Below, in pieces: positions 16,135-23,252 of a stretch of DNA of 24,340 bases; position 1 is the stretch's first letter, and every line of letters begins with the position of its first letter. The notes beneath the pieces are model-generated. The model saw only the letters and a list, made by a program, of their open reading frames with translations. It was not told the DNA's origin and ran no database searches. The DNA is taken from NCBI GenBank assembly GCA_937863565.1, contig CALMGJ010000038.1, forward strand, positions 62,001-86,340. The letters run 5' to 3'. A program made the position numbers and the translations under genes. This stretch comes from an uncultured bacterium. GTDB lineage: Bacteria > AUK180.

Positions 16135-19116
16135 ATGAAAAGGATAACCGTGATTTTTCTTACTTTTTTTATTCTACTCTCGATAATAAACGCTGTTGAC
16201 GACAGAGGCTGGGGCGGCAAACCCTCATGGGTTTCCGGGACCGCGAGCGGCGCCGAGAACGCGGATATGACGATATCCGAAAGCGAAGAGCTGGCCGGCG
16301 GGCTGCGTGTTGTAGGTATAGATCCTGCCGGAGGCATCCTGTGGATCTATGTCAGGGAAAAGCTTCAGGAGCCGATCGCCGGCACGAGGACCGGAATGGC
16401 CCTCCATCTGATGGATAGCCAGGATTTCCTTCTCGACCTCGCCCAGTGCGAAGATAAATACATGCCGGTAGTAGGCAATACTCTGATCGTGTACTATGGA
16501 AAAGTACATAAGGACGTGAACGGCAACAATGTAGGTTATTACGGCGCCACTACGCTGATCGTGGACTATGTGAGCGAGGATCCGCTAAATCCGCTTTATA
16601 CGAACGATATCTATATGTACCAGATCCCCGTGCCGCATGCCTCATTTTCAGATAAGTACAATATAATCACCTGGGATGAACCCCAGATCCAGCCGGTCGG
16701 CAATGAGAACGGGGTGCCCATCGTCGGATATAATCTCTACTATATTCCCGAACTGGGCAAACCTGCCGTAAAACTCAATATTACGCCGCTTTCTTTCGAA
16801 ACAAGGGCATTCCAGGACAATGCCCGCACAGGCGCTTATTACTTAACTCTCGTTATGCAGAACGGCGTGGAGTTGGGCACATATTCAAAAGGCCCGGACG
16901 GATATTACGGATACAAAGGCGTGGACGACAACGGGAACGGGTCCATTGACGAACCCGAAGAGCTGGGATACGGGGATGACATTTATGCTCCTATCTATTC
17001 CAAGATGTCTAATTTCATCGGGGAAGCGGTGGCACCTAAGGAACCCGCGTCTCTCGTTGCAATAAATTCCGATAAAAAGGCCTACCTTTCCTGGGCATAT
17101 GACGGCATTAATATCGATTATTTCAATGTATACTACAGCGATGACGGGGGAAAATCATATCAATTCCTCGATAAGTCATACCGCTCGATCTACTGCGACA
17201 CAAAAGCCGTTTCAGGGTATTATTACCGCGTTACAGCAGTTAGCGGCCACGGGCTCGAGTCCGGACCCTCCAATGCCGTTACCGTGAAACCTTTCAACGG
17301 AACGCTTGCCGAAGGATATCTGGGAAGCGAAGCGATACTGTATCCTACATGGTCACAGGCGCCTGTTTCGGCATACGGCGGGCTCATGTGCGTTTCGTAT
17401 TTTAAATACGACAGCGTTCAGCAGGTAGGGAACCTTTTCGTGTCCGATCTTAAAAATAATATCTACCCTATGATAGACGACGGACTGAGAGTATACTGGG
17501 GTTCCATGATATCCTGGGGTGATTATGACAAGAGCATATACTTCTGTGCGCTTGACAGCAACAGCCATTCCCAGATCTTCGTTATCCCCGCCGAACCGGC
17601 CGCAAGGAACAAATACAATCAGGTGTCCCTCGGCTGGGGCAATTGGGTGGATCCGGACTGGACCGATGATTACAACCAGTATCAGGGCCGTGAAAGGATC
17701 GCCTGCGCGATAGACGGAGATATCTGGCTGTTCGATCCCAGGGATGTAAGGAACACTTTCGTGACATTAACGGAATTCAGTCAGCCATACGACAATCCGA
17801 AAGCCGTTTATAAACTCTATCAGCCCAAATGGTCGCCTGACAATAATGAGATCGCGTTCATCATCAGACATCCCGAATACGCGACGAACCCTGCCCTTTC
17901 GGATATTTTCATCATCAATAATGTCCAGGAAATGATCTATAAACTGATCAGCGGCTCTGCCACGCCCATAAAGAGCCTGACCGATCCCAGGCTGGAGAAA
18001 GTGACCTATTCCTACGGAGATGTTTCATATCTCAATAAATGGTGCCCGTCCTGGTCCAATGATAAAACGATGCTTTCATATTCGATCGATATCACGCAAA
18101 AATTTGAGAATTACGGTTTCGCACAGAGCTTCGGACAGGCCCTTGAGATGCTTTCTGCAACTAATTTCGATGTATGGATCTATGAACGCGGGATAGGCAC
18201 GTGGCCTGCAGGTTATCCGTCGATATCTACCGCGAAAAATGAAGGTTTCGTTGAATGGTCGCCCGCCGGCGGGGACAGGTTCGCCGTTTCAACGGCCGAT
18301 TTCAGCGGAAGAGCTTCTCAACTCGAACAATTTGTTGATCCGAGTATAAAGGGATTCAGTGGATCCAAAATGGTGAAGACCACGGAATCGGGCATGTATC
18401 TGACTATCTCTGACAGAGATATGACATCGATAACCGTTCTCAAGGATGACATCAGCCCGTTCACTGACATTATGATATTCCCGAACGAGAAGCCGTTATT
18501 GAACGTGCCGTTCGGGCTCAAGGATATGGGTTCGCAGAGATACTATTATCTGAACGGTCTTGATGAACTTCCTTTCAATGTCAGGGTTAAGATCCACTAT
18601 ACGCGATTCCAGAAAAAGGGCTTTGCCGAGAACAGGATCCTACCTTACCGCTATAATGAAGCAACAATGAGATGGGAACCCCTTGCCAATTATACCGTGA
18701 TCTCCGATGAGGACGGGAATCCCGGCAATGATCTTGAAGACGGCGGGTTCATTGAGATGGAAACGAATAAACTCGGTCTGATCGCTATTATGTGCCCGGA
18801 TGATGACGATGATGATGACGATGATGATGCGGTCAAGGAGAATGTCGATAATATCAAGATCGGCCCGAATCCCTTCAGGGGAGACGGCGTGATCGTTCTC
18901 GAGAATGTTCCGCAGGAAACGATCATTAATATCTACGGGCTTTCCGGTGAACTTCTTGCCTCATCCAGGAACACGATGAGCCTGAAGTGGAATGCGGATC
19001 ATTGGGAGTGGGTGGCTAAGAACGATGATTTCAAAGATATCGCGAGCGGAATTTATATCATCAGTTTTAATTATAACGGTCAGATAAGAAGTAAAAAGGT
19101 CGCGATAATCAAATAG
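16135..19116 (+). CDS. large secreted protein: FN3-like domains, TolB/PD40-like beta-propeller, Asp-rich linker, T9SS type A/FlgD-like C-terminal domain
   Basis: AGGAG SD; signal peptide; FN3 pattern (LSW...FNVY...YYYRVTAV...ESGPSN); PD40-like PKWSPD, PSWSND, EWSPAG; C-terminal GPNPF...INIYGLSGEL...WEW...IASGIYI...KKVAIIK. Confidence 0.82.
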   Translation: MKRITVIFLTFFILLSIINAVDDRGWGGKPSWVSGTASGAENADMTISESEELAGGLRVVGIDPAGGILWIYVREKLQEPIAGTRTGMALHLMDSQDFLLDLAQCEDKYMPVVGNTLIVYYGKVHKDVNGNNVGYYGATTLIVDYVSEDPLNPLYTNDIYMYQIPVPHASFSDKYNIITWDEPQIQPVGNENGVPIVGYNLYYIPELGKPAVKLNITPLSFETRAFQDNARTGAYYLTLVMQNGVELGTYSKGPDGYYGYKGVDDNGNGSIDEPEELGYGDDIYAPIYSKMSNFIGEAVAPKEPASLVAINSDKKAYLSWAYDGINIDYFNVYYSDDGGKSYQFLDKSYRSIYCDTKAVSGYYYRVTAVSGHGLESGPSNAVTVKPFNGTLAEGYLGSEAILYPTWSQAPVSAYGGLMCVSYFKYDSVQQVGNLFVSDLKNNIYPMIDDGLRVYWGSMISWGDYDKSIYFCALDSNSHSQIFVIPAEPAARNKYNQVSLGWGNWVDPDWTDDYNQYQGRERIACAIDGDIWLFDPRDVRNTFVTLTEFSQPYDNPKAVYKLYQPKWSPDNNEIAFIIRHPEYATNPALSDIFIINNVQEMIYKLISGSATPIKSLTDPRLEKVTYSYGDVSYLNKWCPSWSNDKTMLSYSIDITQKFENYGFAQSFGQALEMLSATNFDVWIYERGIGTWPAGYPSISTAKNEGFVEWSPAGGDRFAVSTADFSGRASQLEQFVDPSIKGFSGSKMVKTTESGMYLTISDRDMTSITVLKDDISPFTDIMIFPNEKPLLNVPFGLKDMGSQRYYYLNGLDELPFNVRVKIHYTRFQKKGFAENRILPYRYNEATMRWEPLANYTVISDEDGNPGNDLEDGGFIEMETNKLGLIAIMCPDDDDDDDDDDAVKENVDNIKIGPNPFRGDGVIVLENVPQETIINIYGLSGELLASSRNTMSLKWNADHWEWVAKNDDFKDIASGIYIISFNYNGQIRSKKVAIIK
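18799..18828 (+). repeat. GAY trinucleotide tract encoding Asp10
   Basis: GAT GAT GAC GAT GAT GAT GAC GAT GAT GAT. Confidence 0.9.
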
Positions 19117-19125
19117 GAAAAGAAC

Positions 19126-19145
19126 GGCCCGCCACATGGCGGGCC
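19126..19145. terminator. intrinsic terminator between convergent genes
   Basis: GC-rich inverted repeat GGCCCGCCA-CA-TGGCGGGCC; the minus strand is followed by GTTCTTTT. Confidence 0.8.
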
Positions 19146-19151
19146 TTCAAT

Positions 19152-19532
19152 TCACACAGTACGCAAGATAATCTTTGCATCCTTTTCATTCACTTCCACC
19201 AGAGTGAACCCGCCTTCTTGCCTGACAGCCCGGAGTATCTGCGGGATCCGGGATGATGAGAGCAGGAGCTGTGCTTTTCCGAGTTTCATGTTCACATCTC
19301 TTCGGCGCCGTGAAACAAATCCGAGGCCCCAGGCGACTATAAACCAGGGGAGCAAGAGGTCGAACGCGATCCGCCGCAATTTCCCATCAGGCATCTTCTC
19401 TTTTACACGGATCTTTATCAAAAGGAAAAAAGAGGGAAATTTAGGTCTTTCCCTCTCGCGCAACATCATCGCTGCTTCCTTTGCATTGATCCTTCCCTTT
19501 TCAAGAAGTTTTAATACGTGCGTGTTTTTCAT
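19152..19532 (-). CDS. hypothetical protein with SHOCT-like N-terminus (basic; paralog-like to 19532-19936)
   Basis: N-terminal VLKLLEKGRINAKEAAMML; C-terminal LVEVNEKDAKIIL; TAATG overlap with the upstream gene. Confidence 0.72.
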   Translation of the reverse strand: MKNTHVLKLLEKGRINAKEAAMMLRERERPKFPSFFLLIKIRVKEKMPDGKLRRIAFDLLLPWFIVAWGLGFVSRRRRDVNMKLGKAQLLLSSSRIPQILRAVRQEGGFTLVEVNEKDAKIILRTV

Positions 19533-19936
19533 TACTCGAGCGTGATAATGACCTTAGTATCTTCTTCTTCAACTTCGACAAGGGTCATAGGTCCGCATTT
19601 ATCCAATGTCTCCATGAGCTCATCGATATCAAGATCTTTGAACTGGACCTTTTTCTCTCCCCCGAGATTGATCTCCATGTTGTCCGCCTTGTCCGCAGGA
19701 ATGAACTTTGTCAATTTTCTTGCTAATGAAAGCGGAAGATTCACGTTCACTTTCGGTTTTGAACCGGGGTCGATCGGCTTTCCATCCTCATTCTCCCAGA
19801 CCTTGATGCGAAGCCATTTCAAGGGCTTATGGCTCTTCTCAATACTGCCCTCGATGCCTGTCAGCAATTCTGCAGCTTCATCTGCAGTGATCTTCTTTTC
19901 CTCTACCATTTTCAGAATACGCATTTTTTCATCCAT
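19532..19936 (-). CDS. SHOCT-like (YvlB/LiaX N-terminal-like) domain protein
   Basis: MDEKMRILKMVEEKKITADEAAELL; WLRIKV...VNVNLPL; LVEVEEEDTKVIITLE; GGAGG SD. Confidence 0.85.
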   Translation of the reverse strand: MDEKMRILKMVEEKKITADEAAELLTGIEGSIEKSHKPLKWLRIKVWENEDGKPIDPGSKPKVNVNLPLSLARKLTKFIPADKADNMEINLGGEKKVQFKDLDIDELMETLDKCGPMTLVEVEEEDTKVIITLE

Positions 19937-19940
19937 AATT

Positions 19941-20327
19941 CTACCTCCGTTTTAATTTTTTAATAAGATCGATCCCTTCCTTGGACGACATTTCTCCGCT
20001 GTCCATCTTTTCAAGGATCTCTGCGATCTCGCTTTTCACTTCCTTCTCCTCTCTTGCTCCCGGATCCGGCCGTATGCCGAGAGCAGTGAGGAGTTCGTCG
20101 AACTTGCCTCTCACCGTTGGATATGAAATTCCCATCCGGTTCCCCAGTTCGCGGAGATTCCCGCGAAGTGAAAGATACCTGTAGAGAAAATCCATATACT
20201 CGTCTGACAGGTTCAGAAAGCTCTCTGAAGAGAACTCCCCTTTGATCGTTACACCGCAATCGCGGCAAGCATATTCGAGGATGACAAGCTTGCCCCCGCA
20301 TACCGGGCATGAACTCAGCTTTTTCAT
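19941..20327 (-). CDS. DUF2089 family protein (Zn ribbon + HTH + SHOCT-like tail), putative regulator
   Basis: CPVCGG...CRDC...IKGEF; GNLRELGNRMGISYPTVRGK; EILEKMDSGEMSSKEGIDLIK; GGAGGAG SD. Confidence 0.9.
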   Translation of the reverse strand: MKKLSSCPVCGGKLVILEYACRDCGVTIKGEFSSESFLNLSDEYMDFLYRYLSLRGNLRELGNRMGISYPTVRGKFDELLTALGIRPDPGAREEKEVKSEIAEILEKMDSGEMSSKEGIDLIKKLKRR

Positions 20328-20386
20328 ACTCTCTCCTCCAGATCAAGGATCAGCGGTCTGATCCTCCGTTTTCGTTTCAGCTTCAT
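20324..20386 (-). CDS. putative 20-aa leader peptide MKLKRKRRIRPLILDLEERV
   Basis: GGAGGT SD 4 nt before the ATG at 20386; its TGA overlaps the DUF2089 ATG (ATGA); lies just downstream of a consensus promoter. Confidence 0.55.
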   Translation of the reverse strand: MKLKRKRRIRPLILDLEERV

Positions 20387-20410
20387 ATCAACCTCCACTG
20401 TTTCCGCCAT

Positions 20411-20439
20411 ATTATAAAAAATAATTTATAAAATGTCAA
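20411..20439 (-). promoter_or_regulatory. perfect-consensus sigma-70 promoter of the DUF2089 operon
   Basis: Minus strand TTGACA (20439-20434), 17 nt, TATAAT (20416-20411). Confidence 0.85.
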
Positions 20440-20538
20440 GTAATTTTTTATAAAATATAAAAATTTATTTATTTACTATAAAATATTAGCAGTATTTTGA
20501 CTAAAAAGATACTAAAAAAGTCCACCCCGGTCTGGGTC

Positions 20539-20567
20539 TTGATATTTCAGCTAGAATAATCTAAAAT
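20539..20567 (+). promoter_or_regulatory. sigma-70 promoter of the DUF3160-aldolase pair
   Basis: TTGATA (20539-20544), 17 nt, TAAAAT (20562-20567), then SD GAGGTG and ATG 20586. Confidence 0.6.
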
Positions 20568-20585
20568 GTAAATAAAGAGGTGCCA

Positions 20586-22529
20586 ATGAAAAAATACCTT
20601 TATCTTCTCTTGTTATCCATTCTTCTCTCGGGCGCTAAAAAGGCCCCCGAGGTTAACTACAAGGCAGTGAATGCAGAAAAGATACGCCAGGAGCTCGGAG
20701 CTGCGGAAGAACTCGGCAAGGAGGGATTCCAGATCCGCGATGCCAACTTCCTTGATCTTGAGGGATTCTACAGGATGCTGAAAGAGAGAGGCTCACCGAT
20801 ATTCGTCTCTGCGGACGCCATGCTCCACATCTACCATGTTCTTTTTGACGATGCCCTTGCCCGGAAAGAATTGCAGGAGATCATCCCCGCTCTGGAAGAA
20901 CTTCTGAAAAAAACAATTCAGAAGATCGAGCAGAAAAAATTCAGCGGTATTTCAACTGCCGCGTCAGGCGAGCTCATCAGTTACCTAAAGGTGTCTTATG
21001 CCGCTCTTAAAGGCGTGGAGAGCATCAAACTGAGCGACAGCGAAAAAAAAGAAATAGAGTATATAAACAATGCCGGAGGAATATTCAAAAGCGCACTTTT
21101 CGGCTATGAAGAGGATTTTTCCCAATATAAACCGCGCGGACATTACACGAAGAACGAGGATCTGGCGCGTTATTTCCGCTCGATGATGTACATGGGGCGG
21201 CTCACCTTCCTTGCCGAGAGTAAAATAGTGTCCGAGGAGATCTGCAGGAAGCAGACGGCCTGCGCGCTGATCCTCTCGGGGACGGTGAAAAGCGACCCCG
21301 AACTGTATGAAAGGTGGAAAGGCATCTTTGAACCGATCTCTTTCCTTGTGGGCCGCTCGGACGACCTCACCATTAATGATTACGCGGAGGTCTTCGCCAA
21401 GCTCGGACTGAACTTCCTTGCTCTTGATAAAGAAGGGATCGACCGGGCGATCGCCGCGATCCGGCTTTTGCCTGGTCCCGGCATTTATTCCGGTCTTGGA
21501 GCTGTTTTTGCCGATACCGGCAAAGAGGCGGATGATAAACTTGGACAGACGAAGGGCTTGAGATTCTTCGGCCAGCGCTTCATCATCGATTCATTCCTGT
21601 TCACTAATCTCGTATACCCCAGGGTCGGGAAATTCCTCGGCACGGGCCGGCCGTTCACTATGTATTCCGATATGCGCGTTTTCCCTATGGGCCTCGATCT
21701 TGCCAATGCGATGTCGATCGGGATCGCACAAGATATCCTTGAAGCGTCGGGCAATAGCGCTTATGAAGATTATGAAAAGAACATGGACGCTATGAGAAAA
21801 GTGTTCTCGAAGATGGGGTCCGAAGAATGGAGTTCAACAGTCTACAATAAATGGCTGGATGTCCTGAATTCCTTATTTTATAAAAGCGAAAAAAAGGGGC
21901 GGAGCTGGCTGAAGCGCCTTTTATACACGTTCCTGGGAGGATGGGCCGAGATACGGCATGATACGATCCTGTACGCTAAACAGTCCTATGATATGAAGTG
22001 CACGGCGATCGATCCCAGATATCAAAAAGAAGAGAAAGCACATTACCTGCGCGGTATGCCTGAACAGAATATCGAGTTTTTCAGGAAATACCGTGAACTC
22101 GTAGAGATGACGGGCCAATTCTATAAAGAGGATTACAGCATTCAAAGAAGATTCCTGGAACTCGGATCGATCGCCCGAAGGATGACCGATATACTTGAGA
22201 ACGATACCGTGACATCGGAGGACAAGGAATTTTTCTACGAATTCCCCGATAAAATTAAAAATATCTTGAAGGACCTTGACGAAAAAACTACAAGGGCCGC
22301 ACTTGTTGCGGATGTCCATACGAGCCTGAATGCGAACCAGGTGCTGGAGGAGGGCATCTACGGGTTTTCATATCTTCTTGTATGGGGAAAATATGACGGA
22401 GGGTATATTTACACGGGTCCGGTCTTTAATTATTATGAGTTCAAAGTCCCGCTTGCGAAAAGGATGACCGATGATGAATTCATAAAAGAGGCGGAGAAAG
22501 GAACATTGATGAAAACGGTCTTTGAATAA
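20586..22529 (+). CDS. DUF3160 domain-containing exported protein
   Basis: Signal peptide; EDFSQYKPRGHYT...YFRSMMY, FFGQRFIID, WAEIRHDTILYAKQS, LVADVHT, GPVFNYYEF. Confidence 0.9.
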   Translation: MKKYLYLLLLSILLSGAKKAPEVNYKAVNAEKIRQELGAAEELGKEGFQIRDANFLDLEGFYRMLKERGSPIFVSADAMLHIYHVLFDDALARKELQEIIPALEELLKKTIQKIEQKKFSGISTAASGELISYLKVSYAALKGVESIKLSDSEKKEIEYINNAGGIFKSALFGYEEDFSQYKPRGHYTKNEDLARYFRSMMYMGRLTFLAESKIVSEEICRKQTACALILSGTVKSDPELYERWKGIFEPISFLVGRSDDLTINDYAEVFAKLGLNFLALDKEGIDRAIAAIRLLPGPGIYSGLGAVFADTGKEADDKLGQTKGLRFFGQRFIIDSFLFTNLVYPRVGKFLGTGRPFTMYSDMRVFPMGLDLANAMSIGIAQDILEASGNSAYEDYEKNMDAMRKVFSKMGSEEWSSTVYNKWLDVLNSLFYKSEKKGRSWLKRLLYTFLGGWAEIRHDTILYAKQSYDMKCTAIDPRYQKEEKAHYLRGMPEQNIEFFRKYRELVEMTGQFYKEDYSIQRRFLELGSIARRMTDILENDTVTSEDKEFFYEFPDKIKNILKDLDEKTTRAALVADVHTSLNANQVLEEGIYGFSYLLVWGKYDGGYIYTGPVFNYYEFKVPLAKRMTDDEFIKEAEKGTLMKTVFE

Positions 22530-23090
22530 ATGAATTTCCAGAGAGCAAAAGAAGAGATCATCAGATATTCCCGGCTGATCTGGGAAAGGGGTTATGCTCA
22601 TGCCAATGCGGGGAACATATCTGCGCGTACGACGGACGGCAGCATCATCATAACCCCCGCGGATTCGATAAAGGGTGAACTGGCCGCCGATGAGCTTATC
22701 GTTCTTGATAATGCGGGAGAAGTGAAATATGTAAAGGGGAATCCCTCTTCGGAGCGGTATATGCATGCCGGGCTTTACATGAACAATAAGATCAATGCTG
22801 TGATACACGCTCATCCCCCGTCCACCGTAGGGTATTCATTTTTTAAAGAAGCGATAGATCTCTCGCCTGTACCCGAGGCCGGGTTCATTCCATTTGTGGC
22901 GATGATACCATATTTGTCTCCCGGCAGCCGGGAACTCTCGGATACCGTCTCGGAGAACGCCGGGGACAGAGGGATACTCGTTCTGAAAAAGCACGGAGTA
23001 GTGGCTTTCGGGGATACGCTTAAGGAATGCTTCTTCTATATAGACAGGCTCGAATATTGCGTGAAGATAATGAAAGAGCTGAGACAATGA
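22530..23090 (+). CDS. class II aldolase/adducin family protein (FucA/MtnB-like)
   Basis: GNISAR, ITP, PSSE..MH, HAH and HG Zn ligands; the start abuts the DUF3160 stop. Confidence 0.92.
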   Translation: MNFQRAKEEIIRYSRLIWERGYAHANAGNISARTTDGSIIITPADSIKGELAADELIVLDNAGEVKYVKGNPSSERYMHAGLYMNNKINAVIHAHPPSTVGYSFFKEAIDLSPVPEAGFIPFVAMIPYLSPGSRELSDTVSENAGDRGILVLKKHGVVAFGDTLKECFFYIDRLEYCVKIMKELRQ

Positions 23091-23193
23091 AGAATGGAAA
23101 GAAGAGGCTAGGGGCAGGAGGTTGGAGGATAGAGAAAGAATGGAAAATGGACAATGGAGAATGGGCAATGAGCGATGAAAAATGAAAGATGAT
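23085..23193 (+). repeat. degenerate 7-bp tandem repeat array, purine-rich
   Basis: caatgaa|gaatgga|aagaaga|ggctagg|ggcagga|ggttgga|ggataga|gaaa|gaatgga|aaatgga|caatgga|gaatggg|caatgag|cgatgaa|aaatgaa|agatgat. Confidence 0.8.
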
Positions 23194-23228
23194 AATCCGA
23201 GTGATTTTCAATTTTTTTAAAAAAGTTA

Positions 23229-23234
23229 TATAAT
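23229..23234 (+). promoter_or_regulatory. -10 element upstream of the pilT-like gene
   Basis: TATAAT at 23229-23234, weak -35 (TTTCAA, 17-nt spacer), SD AAGGTGAG before ATG 23253. Confidence 0.5.
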
Positions 23235-23252
23235 GCATAAAAAGGTGAGAAA

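Noticed and set aside
20387..20410. In-frame upstream ATG extending the leader peptide to 28 aa
   Set aside because: ATG 20410 abuts the -10 box, so it would lie upstream of the TSS.
23085..23193. CRISPR array or coding interpretation of the repeat tract
   Set aside because: No repeat-spacer structure and no cas genes; the overlapping minus-strand ORFs are low-complexity artefacts.
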